This document shows positions 50,348-60,436 of a stretch of DNA of 64,000 bases, one piece after another. A model generated the notes under the pieces. It did no database searches, was not told the origin of the DNA, and saw nothing but the letters and a program-made list of their open reading frames with translations. Numbering within the stretch: position 1 is the stretch's first letter; each line of letters starts with the position of its first letter. The translations under genes and the position numbers were made by a program. This DNA comes from Gemmatimonadales bacterium (GTDB taxonomy: Bacteria; Gemmatimonadota; Gemmatimonadetes; Gemmatimonadales; GWC2-71-9), in contig JBOHSD010000002.1 of assembly GCA_050733075.1 (NCBI GenBank), positions 109,553 to 173,552 of the forward strand, read 5' to 3'.

Positions 50348-50381
50348 GAAACCGCGGAGGTGAGCCTAACCACGCAGTTTC

Positions 50382-52487
50382 CTACCCCACGCGAAACAGC
50401 TCCACCGCCCGGGGATATCGGGCGACGGCCCGCTCGCGGAGCGGCAGGTTCTCCCGCCGCTGAAGCGCCGGATCCGCTGCGATGATCTTCAGGGCCAGGT
50501 CCCGCGCCTGGTCGAGCAGATCGGAGTCGGCGGGGAGTTGGGCGTGGCGGATCTCGACCCCCCCTGACTGGCGAGCTCCGATGAGGTCGCCCATCCCGCG
50601 CTCTTCCAGATCCAGCTCCGCGATTCGGAACCCGTCCTGGGTCGCGGCAAAGGCGTGTAGCCGATCGGGGGAATTCCCTTCCGCCATCAGGATGCAGTAG
50701 CTCTCTTCCGCGCCCCGCCCGATACGACCTCGCAACTGGTGCAGCTGAGCCAGCCCGAAGCGATCGGGATGCTCGATCACCATGATGGTCGCGTCAGGTA
50801 CGTCGATGCCGACCTCGATCACCGTGGTTGCCACCAGCACGTTCAGCTCGCCGCTCCGAAAGCGGCGCATTGCCAGATCCCGTTCCTCGGCCTTGAGCCG
50901 GCCGTGAACCAGGCCAATCTCCAGCTCCGGCCAGCGCGCGGCCAGACTCTGGGCCATCGTGGTCGCTGCCCTCAGGTCTGCACGCTCGGACTCCTCGATG
51001 ACCGGAAGCACGACGTAGGCCTGCCTCCCCTTCTCGCACTCGTCTTTTACGAACTCGAGCACCCGCTCCCGCTGCGCAGGGGTGCGAACCGCGGTGCGTA
51101 CCGTGCCTCGCCCGGGCGGCCGCTCCCTCAGGGTGGACACGTCGAGATCCCCATAAAGGGTCAGTGCCAGCGAGCGGGGGATCGGCGTCGCCGTGAGGAG
51201 CAGGACGTCGGGGGCCGCTCCCTTGCCGATCAGCGCCGCCCGCTGCTCGACCCCGAACCGATGTTGCTCGTCGATCACCACCAGCCCGAGCCGCCGGAAG
51301 GACACGCTCTCCTGAAGCAGCGCGTGGGTACCGACTGCGAGCCGCGACTGTCCGGAGGCGAGGCGTTTCCGCGCTGCCGCCTTCTCGGCGGCCGTCTGGC
51401 GGCCCAGCAGCATCTCGGGCTTGAGCTCGAGCGGGGCCAGCAGACTCTCGAGCGTTTCGCCATGTTGCTCGGCCAGCAACTCAGTGGGCGCCATTAGCAC
51501 CGCCTGGAAGTCATTCTCCAGGGCGAGCAGCATGGCGAACAGGGCGACCACGGTCTTCCCGGTCCCCACGTCCCCCATCAATAACCGGTGCATCCGGTCC
51601 GGGGCGGTCATGTCGCTCGTGATCTCGCGGAGAGCCCGCTGCTGATCTGCGGTGAGCTGCCAGGGCAAATGTTGCCGCAGCCGGGTGGTGAGCTCCCGCT
51701 TCACGGTGAACGCCACGCCGCTCCGGTGTCGCTTGGCCACAGCCCGGGCCCGGATCAGCATGAGCTGGAGATCGAACAGCTCGTCGAACGCCAGCCGGCG
51801 TCTTCCCCGCTCGGCCTCCTCCGCCGAGGCTGGGCGGTGCACCGCACGGAGAGCCTCGGGTAAGCCCGGCAAGCCCAGACCCTGCCGTATCGGTTCGGGC
51901 AGCTCATCATGCGACAACGCGATGAGGGTGTCGAGGTGGCGGTCGATCAATGAGCGTATGATCCGGTGACTCAAACCTTCGGTGGCCGGATAGACCGGGA
52001 GCACCTTCCCGGCACTGAGGAGATCGGGCTCACTGTCAGCGTCCGCGAGAATGACGTAGTCCCTGGGCGCCATCTGCCGGCCGTGATAGAAGCGGACCGG
52101 CCCCGACACCAGCACGGTTTGCCCGGTCGTGATAGTACGGTCCAGGAACGGCTGTCCCGGCCAGACACACTCCAGCACGCCGCTCTCGTCCCTTAACACG
52201 GCATGGAAGATTCGAAGACCGCGCCGGGTGGGAAGCACTCCCTTGGCCACGACCCGGCCCACGCAGGCGACCTCCTGACCGAGTTGGGCTTTGGCCAGAG
52301 GGGTTACCGTGGATGCGTCGACGTAGCGGTGGGGAAGATGCCAGAGAAGATCACGCGCCGTGCGGACCCCGAGTCGCTCCAGGGCTTCGGCTCGCCGCTC
52401 GCCGATTCCCTTGAGGAACTTGACGGCGGTGTCGAGGCGAATACTAGGAGGCCTCGACCGTCGATTCGGCGAGAAGGTTTTCCGCAA
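50382..52487 (-). CDS. recG: ATP-dependent DNA helicase RecG
   Basis: Wedge domain, then helicase motifs (GDVGTGKT, DEQHRFG, TATPIPR, QLHQLRGRIGRG). The start is uncertain: TTG at 52487 is the nearest canonical start upstream of LDTAVKFLKGIGERRAEAL, and it overlaps the ftsY 3' end. Confidence 0.88.
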   Translation of the reverse strand: MRKTFSPNRRSRPPSIRLDTAVKFLKGIGERRAEALERLGVRTARDLLWHLPHRYVDASTVTPLAKAQLGQEVACVGRVVAKGVLPTRRGLRIFHAVLRDESGVLECVWPGQPFLDRTITTGQTVLVSGPVRFYHGRQMAPRDYVILADADSEPDLLSAGKVLPVYPATEGLSHRIIRSLIDRHLDTLIALSHDELPEPIRQGLGLPGLPEALRAVHRPASAEEAERGRRRLAFDELFDLQLMLIRARAVAKRHRSGVAFTVKRELTTRLRQHLPWQLTADQQRALREITSDMTAPDRMHRLLMGDVGTGKTVVALFAMLLALENDFQAVLMAPTELLAEQHGETLESLLAPLELKPEMLLGRQTAAEKAAARKRLASGQSRLAVGTHALLQESVSFRRLGLVVIDEQHRFGVEQRAALIGKGAAPDVLLLTATPIPRSLALTLYGDLDVSTLRERPPGRGTVRTAVRTPAQRERVLEFVKDECEKGRQAYVVLPVIEESERADLRAATTMAQSLAARWPELEIGLVHGRLKAEERDLAMRRFRSGELNVLVATTVIEVGIDVPDATIMVIEHPDRFGLAQLHQLRGRIGRGAEESYCILMAEGNSPDRLHAFAATQDGFRIAELDLEERGMGDLIGARQSGGVEIRHAQLPADSDLLDQARDLALKIIAADPALQRRENLPLRERAVARYPRAVELFRVG

Positions 52488-53385
52488 ATCGTTCCGGGTC
52501 GAAGGGCTCGAGGTCTTCGACCGTCTCTCCCAGTCCAACGAAACGAATCGGCATCCCGAGCTCCCGCCGAAGAGCGGCGACAGCCCCGCCTCGGGCGCTG
52601 CCATCGAGCTTGGTGACCACGATTCCGGTGGGCGAGACCGCCTCGGAGAACAGCTTGCCCTGCTGGATCGCATTCTGGCCCACCGTCCCATCGAGCACCA
52701 GCAAGGTCTCGTGAGGTGCCCCCGGAAGCCGGCGGCCGACCACGCGGGTCACCTTGCGCAGCTCATCCATCAGACCTTCCTGGGTATGAAGCCGCCCCGC
52801 GGTGTCGATGATGACGGTGTCGAGCCTTCGGGAGACGGCCGCATCGATCGCATCGAACGCAACCGAGGCGGGATCACCTCCCGGCGCACCGGCGACGCAG
52901 GGCATGCCCAGCCGGTCGGCCCAAACCTGGAGCTGCGCGATAGCGCCGGCCCGGTAGGTGTCGGCGGCCGCGAGCAGAACCCTGCGGCCCTGGCGCTGAA
53001 GCCGCCAGCCGAGCTTGGCCGCGGTAGTGGTCTTCCCAGTTCCGTTGACACCGACCAGGAGTATGATGGTGGGCCCGGGCTCGGCCACGGCCACTTCGCC
53101 GGGGTTCTCGGCTCCTCCGAGCATGGTGGCCAGCCGGTCCTGCAGCGCCCGCTTCAGGTCACCTTCGGTCTTCAGCTTTCCGCGGCGAACCTCGTCTTCC
53201 AGCGCCTGGATGAGCTCGACGGTGGTGGTCACCCCGAAGTCGGCCTCGATCAGCACCCGCTCCATGTTCTCCAGGTCGTCGGCATTGAGTCCGCGCACCA
53301 GCGCTCCGACGTCGGTCAGCGCGATCCGCTTGATGCGCGACCACAGACTCTGTTTGTCGCCGTCTCCCAGTCGGTTTGGCCTCAT
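52444..53385 (-). CDS. ftsY: Signal recognition particle receptor FtsY
   Basis: NG domain with GVNGTGKTTT, DTAGR and TKLDG motifs. Short N-terminus with no acidic A domain. Confidence 0.93.
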   Translation of the reverse strand: MRPNRLGDGDKQSLWSRIKRIALTDVGALVRGLNADDLENMERVLIEADFGVTTTVELIQALEDEVRRGKLKTEGDLKRALQDRLATMLGGAENPGEVAVAEPGPTIILLVGVNGTGKTTTAAKLGWRLQRQGRRVLLAAADTYRAGAIAQLQVWADRLGMPCVAGAPGGDPASVAFDAIDAAVSRRLDTVIIDTAGRLHTQEGLMDELRKVTRVVGRRLPGAPHETLLVLDGTVGQNAIQQGKLFSEAVSPTGIVVTKLDGSARGGAVAALRRELGMPIRFVGLGETVEDLEPFDPERFAENLLAESTVEAS

Positions 53386-53443
53386 CTCCTCGTCTTCCAG
53401 CTGCCAAGGTTATCCACGGTCCTGCTCTCGGGAATCTACCCTA

Positions 53444-55252
53444 TCAGCGAAGCCCCAGTCGCCTCCGCGACAGCCATTCACCGGACAATGCCAGGATGCA
53501 GATCCCGAAGAGCCAGAGCCAATCGCGCGCGCTGGTGCGGCCGCCGGACCGAACCTGCCTCCCCACCTGGTCCGTCATACTCACTGGCCGCGGGAGCAGC
53601 TCTTCGGAATACTGCTCCACGGCTACGGTTCCCCCACCACCCCGGGCGAATCGGTAGCGGTACTCTCCCGGCGGCAGCCACACGGCGGCGCGGCCGTCCC
53701 CATCGAACTCGAGGGTATCGGCCTGCTGCCCTGCGGGGCCGGACCACTCCAGCTCCTGGGCTTGGGGCGTGTCGGAACCGGCCCACTCGAACACCACGGG
53801 ACGGCCGTTGTGCACGACCGGCTGGACCGGCCGGGCTGCCCCACGAGCCGAGTCGATGCCGCCGAGAAGCCAGCTGGTAGTGGCAGCCACCCACGCACGG
53901 TAGCTTTGCTCGCTCGAGCCACCCCGGAAGGGCCAGCGCCACAGGCCTTCTACGGCCACCGTCACCCGCCGCACCGGTCCATCCTGGCGTCCGATCACTG
54001 CCGGACGCTGCTGCCCCCGACGTCCAAGCTGCGCATAGAGCGCCACCCAGTCGCGAGCGCCGGTTTCGATCGGGGTGAGCTGGATGGCCGGCGGAAACGA
54101 GTCGACCGGCTGGCCCAGAAAAGCGCCCGCGACCGGCGAAGCATCCCCGGCGGAGAGATACCAGTCGCCCGGCAACTGGTCCTCGCCTCCCTCACCGCTG
54201 GGCCAGATCCAGATTCCGCGCGCGGCGGCTCCCCGAGAGAAACCGGCTACGCCACCCTTGAGAATCAGCAGGTCGGCCCGGCGTGCCGCCTGGCGCACGG
54301 CGGTGCCGGACACGGCTCGGACGTCCGCCATGGATCGCCAACGATCGCCATCGAGCCGGACATAGCCGCGCAAGGGAAGCTGGGCTACCTCCCGCAGGGC
54401 GCGAAACAGAAACCGGCTGTCCCAATCGGCCGGACTGGCCAGAAGGACCACCCCCGGGGTCGGCGCCACCGTGACCAGATGCAGCCGCGTGTCCGTGCGG
54501 GGCTCGGCATCGGCGGCATTCGCCAGGCTCAGCCGCAGCAGGTGATCGCCCGCGGACAAACCGGCGGATGGAATGACGATCCGGGCCCGGCCTCCGGCTT
54601 CGCCTCGCAAGCTGACGGTGCGCCGGGCCAGGCGGGTCGTGCCCGAGAGTACGTCCACAACGGCAGTGTCAGCCATACTGCCGCCCAGAGGCAGGACCTC
54701 GACTTCGAGGGAAATCGAGTCGCCCCTGGTCACCCGGCCAGGCCCGGTCACCCGGCTGATCGCCAGGTCCCGCTGCGGATCGCGGCGAAAGAGCCGCACG
54801 GTGCTTCGGGCGAGAATGTCCGGCGGTATCTCCGTCAGATCCTCGAGCTCTCCGTCGGTTGCGACGATGAGCGGCCGGTCGGAGGCCGAGGCGGCGAGGA
54901 GAGCCGGAGCGAGTAACGAGCGGCCTCGCGTCGCCGTCGTGTCACCATTGTGCCGCTCGTCGCCGAAATAGCGTACCTCGCCCCACCGGCCGGCCGAGTC
55001 CCTGGCCTCACTCCAGCGGCCGCCGGCTGCTCCCATGCTCATTGAGGCGTCCAGCAGGACCAGAGGCTGGAGCCGGTTGCGCGACACGGGACAGCTCACA
55101 TTGATCAGGAGCAGTCCGAGAGCGGACCAGGCCACCCCGCGGCAGATCAGGGGAAGCCAGGCTCGGCGGCCGAGTCGCTCGAGACGGAAGTAGGTGAACC
55201 CGGCCAGCGTGAAAGCCGCGAGCACCACGAGGGCGGCTCTGAATATCAGCAT
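53444..55252 (-). CDS. Membrane protein with N-terminal double-TM segment, DxSxS (vWA/MIDAS-like) motif and C-terminal TM anchor (BatA/BatB-like; function unknown)
   Basis: Two N-terminal helices, then LVLLDASMSM. The C-terminus WLWLFGICILALSGEWLSRRR is typical of this membrane protein class. Confidence 0.5.
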   Translation of the reverse strand: MLIFRAALVVLAAFTLAGFTYFRLERLGRRAWLPLICRGVAWSALGLLLINVSCPVSRNRLQPLVLLDASMSMGAAGGRWSEARDSAGRWGEVRYFGDERHNGDTTATRGRSLLAPALLAASASDRPLIVATDGELEDLTEIPPDILARSTVRLFRRDPQRDLAISRVTGPGRVTRGDSISLEVEVLPLGGSMADTAVVDVLSGTTRLARRTVSLRGEAGGRARIVIPSAGLSAGDHLLRLSLANAADAEPRTDTRLHLVTVAPTPGVVLLASPADWDSRFLFRALREVAQLPLRGYVRLDGDRWRSMADVRAVSGTAVRQAARRADLLILKGGVAGFSRGAAARGIWIWPSGEGGEDQLPGDWYLSAGDASPVAGAFLGQPVDSFPPAIQLTPIETGARDWVALYAQLGRRGQQRPAVIGRQDGPVRRVTVAVEGLWRWPFRGGSSEQSYRAWVAATTSWLLGGIDSARGAARPVQPVVHNGRPVVFEWAGSDTPQAQELEWSGPAGQQADTLEFDGDGRAAVWLPPGEYRYRFARGGGGTVAVEQYSEELLPRPVSMTDQVGRQVRSGGRTSARDWLWLFGICILALSGEWLSRRRLGLR

Positions 55253-55965
55253 TCGGCGGCGGCGATCGCCTGGGCCAGGGTGAGCCGCCCCTCGTATAGC
55301 GCCCGGCCAACGATGGTTCCCGCCAGTCCGGCCTGGCGGACGGCGCGGATGTCATCGCTGCTCGCGACGCCGCCACTCGCGATGACTCGCGCGCCAACCC
55401 CTTGAAGCGCCAGGGCCCCGGAAATATCGGGGCCGGCAAGCATGCCATCCCGACCGACATCGGTGTAGATCACCGTCTCGACACCGGCCTCCACGACTTG
55501 CCGGGCCAGGTCACCGGCCTGGGTGGGAGACGTCTCGGCCCATCCCCGCAGGGCAACCCTGCCGTCACGAGCGTCGATTCCCACGGCGAGGCGGCCGGCC
55601 CCGATGGTGGCCACCATCTCGGCGACGAAGCCGGGATCTACCGCGGCCGCGGTTCCGATCACGACTCGGGCGATGCCGAGATCCAGAGCCGCCTGGATCA
55701 GGTCTGCGTTGCGCAGGCCGCCGCCGAGCTGAAGCCGGGTTCTCGCACCGGTGCGATCGGCAATCCGGCGGATTATGAGCTGATTGTCGCCGACGCCGAA
55801 CGCGCGGTCCAGATCGACAACGTGAATCCAGCGTGCTCCCTGGTCCACGAAGCGCTCCGCGACCGCCACCGGGTCGTCGCCATAAACGGTTTGCCGCGCC
55901 CGTTCGCCCTGGCTCAGGCGAACGACGCGGCCGTTTCGAATGTCGATGGCGGGAAGAAGATCCAC
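55246..55965 (-). CDS. hisA: 1-(5-phosphoribosyl)-5-[(5-phosphoribosylamino)methylideneamino]imidazole-4-carboxamide isomerase
   Basis: LLPAIDIRNGRVVRL.QG... and ...ASGGV.S..D motifs. 239 aa. Confidence 0.9.
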   Translation of the reverse strand: MDLLPAIDIRNGRVVRLSQGERARQTVYGDDPVAVAERFVDQGARWIHVVDLDRAFGVGDNQLIIRRIADRTGARTRLQLGGGLRNADLIQAALDLGIARVVIGTAAAVDPGFVAEMVATIGAGRLAVGIDARDGRVALRGWAETSPTQAGDLARQVVEAGVETVIYTDVGRDGMLAGPDISGALALQGVGARVIASGGVASSDDIRAVRQAGLAGTIVGRALYEGRLTLAQAIAAAEC

Positions 55966-55975
55966 TACTCCAGCG

Positions 55976-57280
55976 CTACGGCAGCCACCGCGTTGAGGTT
56001 TCCGCTACTTGCTGGACGATCGCATCGGGCTGAGCGACGGTACCGGCGGGTGGGTGCAGCAGAGCCAGGAGACGGTCTCGCTCGACCTCGAAGGCTGAAA
56101 GATCCTGGCGGGCCACGGGCGTGCCGGTCCCGATCTGGACCCTGCGCGAGTCCTTGGCTATTCCTCTCACGCGAAACTCGTAGTGCAGGTGGGGCCCGCT
56201 GGCCAGCCCGGTGGAGCCCACATAACCAATGGTCTGTCCCTGCACTACCCGAACTCCCCGCCGGATGTTGCGGGCAAATCTCCGGAGATGCGCGTACCGG
56301 GTGGTAATGCCGTTCAGGTGGCGAAGCTCGATGAGATTGCCGTACCCGCCGATCCATCCGGCCCGGAGAACCACTCCATCGCCGGCCGCCATCACTGGGG
56401 TCCCCGGGCGAGCCGCGTAATCGGTTCCTTCGTGCCGCCGTTTCCTGCCGAGCACCGGATGGAACCGGGCCCTCGCGAAGTTGGAGGAGATCCGGCGGAA
56501 CTCGACCGGTGCACGCAGGAAGGCCCGCCGCAGGGACTTGCCGGACTCGTCGTAATAGAGCGCCCGGCTCCTGGAGCCGGAGCTGAAGCGGAAGGCCATC
56601 AGGCTCTTTCCGGAGACAGTCAAATCGCTCGCCAGTACCCGCCCGAACCGGATCTCGCCGTCTTCCGAGACCAGGCGCTCGAAGACCACCAGGAACCGAT
56701 CTCCCGGCCGGATGTCGCGGGTGAAGTCGACAGCCCAGGCGTAAACATCGGCCAGGTCCCAGGCCAGGCGCAGGCGGTTGCTCTTATCCAGCACCTCGTC
56801 GCCGACGCCGGCGTCGAGTGCTTCATACAACGAATTGTCTATCGGGCCTTCGATCCGCATCTCCTCCGGCCGCCACTGAATGGGCTGCGTCTCCGCATTC
56901 CAGCCGGTAGCAACCCGCTCGAAGGTGACCCGCTGTTCCGGGCTGGTACGGACCACGACGTGGCTGGGAGCGGAATCACCGACCGTTTGCCGGAACCTGA
57001 AGACCAGCCCGGGGCGGAGACGACGGGGGTTGAGGGACAGCGCGGGATCCAGCCGGTGGAAATCGATGCCGGCCACTTTGTGCCGGGAGAACAGGTCGGA
57101 GAGTGTCTCGCCGCGGTCGAGCGTGTCGACCGTCTCGGTGAAAATGACGGCGGCCGGAGTCGGGGCGACGGGTGCCGCCGCAGGTGGATCCAGACGTTGC
57201 CAGGGCCAATCGAGGCCGGTCCCGAAGAAAGCCGCGGCGCTGCACGCCAGTGCGGCGATAGAGATACCCCAGGCCCGCAT
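55976..57280 (-). CDS. M23-family metallopeptidase
   Basis: HEGTDYAA..GTPV.AAGDG.V and GSTG.ASGPHLHYE motifs, with an N-terminal signal/anchor. Confidence 0.85.
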   Translation of the reverse strand: MRAWGISIAALACSAAAFFGTGLDWPWQRLDPPAAAPVAPTPAAVIFTETVDTLDRGETLSDLFSRHKVAGIDFHRLDPALSLNPRRLRPGLVFRFRQTVGDSAPSHVVVRTSPEQRVTFERVATGWNAETQPIQWRPEEMRIEGPIDNSLYEALDAGVGDEVLDKSNRLRLAWDLADVYAWAVDFTRDIRPGDRFLVVFERLVSEDGEIRFGRVLASDLTVSGKSLMAFRFSSGSRSRALYYDESGKSLRRAFLRAPVEFRRISSNFARARFHPVLGRKRRHEGTDYAARPGTPVMAAGDGVVLRAGWIGGYGNLIELRHLNGITTRYAHLRRFARNIRRGVRVVQGQTIGYVGSTGLASGPHLHYEFRVRGIAKDSRRVQIGTGTPVARQDLSAFEVERDRLLALLHPPAGTVAQPDAIVQQVAETSTRWLP

Positions 57281-58449
57281 CAGTCCATCTGCCGTCGAAT
57301 GAACGTCGGGATTTCCATCTCGGGCACATCTGGAGAGGTGCCTGCCGCCGGGGGCTGATGGATCCTGGGCTGTGGCCGGGTGATGACCGGATTGGCCGCC
57401 GGGACCGGGGTGGAAGGTCGCTGTCTCGGCGACGGAAAGTTGATGACTCCGGCTCCCGAGGCCCGTCCTATGGGCTGTTCCGCGCTCACCGGCCGATCGA
57501 AGCCGGTGGCAATGACGGTAACCCGGACCTCGCCGTGCATGGCGGGGTCGTTCCCCGCGCCGAAGATGATCTCGGCGTCATCGCCGACGGCGTCATGAAT
57601 GATGTCATTGATCTGGGTCGTCTCGCCGAGGGTGAGATCGTCGCCGCCGATGATATTGATGAGCACACCCATGGCGCCGGCGATGGAGATGTTGTCCAGC
57701 AGGGGGCTGGAGATGGCCTGCTGAGCCGCCTCGAGAGCGCGGTTCTCGCCCCGTCCGATTCCAGTGCCCATCAGGGCCGCTCCGCCGTTTTGCATGACGG
57801 TGCGCACGTCGGCGAAGTCCACGTTGATGATGCCGGTCGAGGTGATGAGGCTCGCGATACCCTGGGTGGCGTGGAGGAGGACCTCGTCTGCCTTCTTCAG
57901 TGCCTCCTGAAACGGTATTCCCTTCCCGACCACCGCCAGCAGGCGCTCGTTCGGCACCACGATCATGGTGTCGACGTTCTTCCGCATTTCGGCGATCCCA
58001 CCCTCGGCCTGCTTCATCCGGCGGCGGCCTTCGAACAGGAACGGCTTGGTGACGATCCCGACAGTGAGCGCGCCTGCCTCGCGGGCCATCTGGGCCACTA
58101 CCGGCGCGGCGCCGGTACCGGTGCCTCCACCCATACCGCAGGTCACGAAGACCATGTCGGCGCCTTGAACCGCGTGGAGGACCTCCTCCCGGTTTTCCTC
58201 GATGGCCTGGCGGCCGATCTCCGGCCGGGCCCCGGCGCCCAATCCCCGGGTGAGCTTCCGGCCGATCTGAATCTTGACGTCCGACTTCGACATCGCGAGC
58301 GCCTGCGAATCGGTGTTCACCGAGATGAACTCGACTCCGCCCAGTTGATCCTCGATCATTCGGTTGACGGCGTTTCCCCCGCCGCCGCCGACGCCGACCA
58401 CCTTCATCCGCGCGGTCTGGGCTGCGCCCTCTTCCAGCTCAAAGATCAT
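57280..58449 (-). CDS. ftsZ: Cell division protein FtsZ
   Basis: [24 protein letters not shown], and the C-terminal peptide IPTFIRRQ. Start trimmed from the 638-aa ORF to the ATG at 58449 (MIFELEE...). Confidence 0.97.
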   Translation of the reverse strand: MIFELEEGAAQTARMKVVGVGGGGGNAVNRMIEDQLGGVEFISVNTDSQALAMSKSDVKIQIGRKLTRGLGAGARPEIGRQAIEENREEVLHAVQGADMVFVTCGMGGGTGTGAAPVVAQMAREAGALTVGIVTKPFLFEGRRRMKQAEGGIAEMRKNVDTMIVVPNERLLAVVGKGIPFQEALKKADEVLLHATQGIASLITSTGIINVDFADVRTVMQNGGAALMGTGIGRGENRALEAAQQAISSPLLDNISIAGAMGVLINIIGGDDLTLGETTQINDIIHDAVGDDAEIIFGAGNDPAMHGEVRVTVIATGFDRPVSAEQPIGRASGAGVINFPSPRQRPSTPVPAANPVITRPQPRIHQPPAAGTSPDVPEMEIPTFIRRQMD

Positions 58450-58469
58450 GGTTTTGTCCTCGGACCTGC

Positions 58470-59720
58470 TCAGAAGAAGTCCTGGAGCCACCGCTTGACT
58501 GGAGCGAGCACCTTTTCGACCGCCGGTGACTTCCGCCCCCCCATACCCAACCCGCTGACCGCGACTTGCCTGGCGCCGTACAGCACCAGGCCTGCCGGCA
58601 CCGCCATCCGCGGTGATTCGACACTGTCTGCCAGGCCGCGGAGACGTTGCCCGGGCACACCGCATCGGGCCGGCATGGCGAACACCTCGCGCGCCAGCTC
58701 CACGATTCCGGGCGCCAGGGCACCGCCTCCGGTGACGATCACGCCCGCGGGCAGGCGCTGGTGATACCCGGCGCGGGTGATCTCGTCGAACGCGTACTCC
58801 AGCACTTCCTGGAGCCGCATGTGCATGATGTGCGCCAGCACACGGCGTTGGGCGTTGCGCGCGCCCTGCCCCGGCGTGCTTGGAAGATCGAAAACATCGC
58901 TCTCCGGCACCAGGGGCTCGAAGGCGGCGCCGAACCGCTCCTTCAAGCGCTCCGCATCGTGCTGGGTGACCTGAAGCCCGTGCACGATATCGGCTGTCAC
59001 GTGGCCGCCGGCGCAGAGCAGCGATCCGGTGTGGCGGATCTTCCCGCTCTGGAAGATGGAGACGTTGGTGGATCCGCCTCCCAACTCCACGATGGCGCAG
59101 CCCAGCTCGATCTCGTCCGCCGTGAGCACGGCCAGCGACGCCGCCAGCGGTTCCAGCACGAACTCCGCTACGTGGTATCCGGCCCGCTCCACGCATTTGC
59201 GCAGGTTCTGGAGCACGCTCGACAGGACCGTCACCAGATAGACCTCGACCTCCAGACGGGAGCCCGTCATTCCGATCGGCTCGCTGATCCCCCCCTGCTG
59301 GTCGATCAGATAGTCCTGGGGGATGGCGTGCAGCAGCTCGTGATCTCGCCCGAAGCTGACATTGCTTGCCATATCGTTTACCCGGGCCACGTCGCTGGTG
59401 CGGATCTCCTCCCCGGTGACCGACACCATTCCGTGCGAGCTGCGGCCGGCCACGTGCTCCCCGGCGATTCCGCAGTAGATGGCGCCCACCTCGACCCCGG
59501 CCATCCGCTGAGCGCCCTTCATGGCCTTGTCGATTGCCCTGGTGGTCTCCTCGATGTCGCGCACCACTCCGCGGCGAATGCCGCCGCTCCGCTCGACGCC
59601 CAGTCCCAGGATCTTGGCCCCGGGATCGCGAGCGTCTCCGGTGACTTCAGCGATTACGGCAACGACCTTGGTTGAGCCGAGATCCAGCGCGGCAACCAGC
59701 CGCTGAGGTTGGGCGCTCAT
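58470..59720 (-). CDS. ftsA: Cell division protein FtsA
   Basis: Actin-fold motifs (ALDLGSTKV..., [18 protein letters not shown]). 416 aa. Confidence 0.95.
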   Translation of the reverse strand: MSAQPQRLVAALDLGSTKVVAVIAEVTGDARDPGAKILGLGVERSGGIRRGVVRDIEETTRAIDKAMKGAQRMAGVEVGAIYCGIAGEHVAGRSSHGMVSVTGEEIRTSDVARVNDMASNVSFGRDHELLHAIPQDYLIDQQGGISEPIGMTGSRLEVEVYLVTVLSSVLQNLRKCVERAGYHVAEFVLEPLAASLAVLTADEIELGCAIVELGGGSTNVSIFQSGKIRHTGSLLCAGGHVTADIVHGLQVTQHDAERLKERFGAAFEPLVPESDVFDLPSTPGQGARNAQRRVLAHIMHMRLQEVLEYAFDEITRAGYHQRLPAGVIVTGGGALAPGIVELAREVFAMPARCGVPGQRLRGLADSVESPRMAVPAGLVLYGARQVAVSGLGMGGRKSPAVEKVLAPVKRWLQDFF

Positions 59721-60436
59721 ACTCCGGCCCAGCGGACGATCACCTGGCCGGCGAAGCGTCCATCAAGCTCCTGATAGTTCCGCCCCTGCCGGGCGAGGTC
59801 CTGCGCGACCGCCATCACCGCTCGTATGTCCTCCGCCGTGACCGCCGGGCCGAACCAGAACCGCCGCCCGTCTACATCCAGAAGCACATCGTCGCGCACT
59901 CGCCAGGCCGTCCGTACCCGGGCAAACAAGGCCGGACCGTGTTCCTGAATCCGCGCCAAGACTCGGGCCACCATTCGATCGGCGCTGGCGGCAATCGGGA
60001 GGTCGGGCGCCGTGGCTGCCGGATCAAAGGGAAGGATCTCCCCACCCACGTCCAGGAGGGCCATCCCGCCGTTGCCCGGTGCCAGCGCTACCGGGACCGC
60101 CTCCACCAGGACGATCTCGAGCGTGCCGGGCAGGCGGCGACTCACCTGCGCTGACAGGACCCCCGGCAGGGCTCGTACCCGGTGGCCGGCTGAGGACAGG
60201 TCATCAAAGACGCTGGCACTGGAATCCAATGCCAGTGCTTCCATCACCCTGGCTGGAGCAAGATACCGGAGCCCGGCGATTTCCACTCGCCTGACCCGGA
60301 AAAACTCGAGCCGGTTAAGCAGCCGTGGCGCGCCGGCCCAGACCAAGCCCAGCACCAGGAGAGCACCAAGCAGCTGCGAGCCGAGCAGAAGGCGGGGGTA
60401 ACCGGCAGCAACCCGCTTCAGGCGGCGCTCAACCAA
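59717..60436 (-). CDS. ftsQ: Cell division protein FtsQ (POTRA domain)
   Basis: N-terminal TM helix, then F.V..VEI.G.......V (POTRA). Positioned between murC and ftsA. Confidence 0.8.
   Translation of the reverse strand: MVERRLKRVAAGYPRLLLGSQLLGALLVLGLVWAGAPRLLNRLEFFRVRRVEIAGLRYLAPARVMEALALDSSASVFDDLSSAGHRVRALPGVLSAQVSRRLPGTLEIVLVEAVPVALAPGNGGMALLDVGGEILPFDPAATAPDLPIAASADRMVARVLARIQEHGPALFARVRTAWRVRDDVLLDVDGRRFWFGPAVTAEDIRAVMAVAQDLARQGRNYQELDGRFAGQVIVRWAGV

Noticed and set aside
57280-59196. N-terminally extended versions of real genes in the ORF track. Examples are the ftsZ ORF as 638 aa, hprK as 418 aa, ptsI as 638 aa, the HPr ORF as 240 aa, and the recO, ribD and metK extensions.
   Set aside because: The extensions overlap the upstream gene, are low-complexity, and precede the position where family-conserved N-termini begin. 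Internal ATG or GTG codons that abut or overlap the upstream stop give proteins of normal length.
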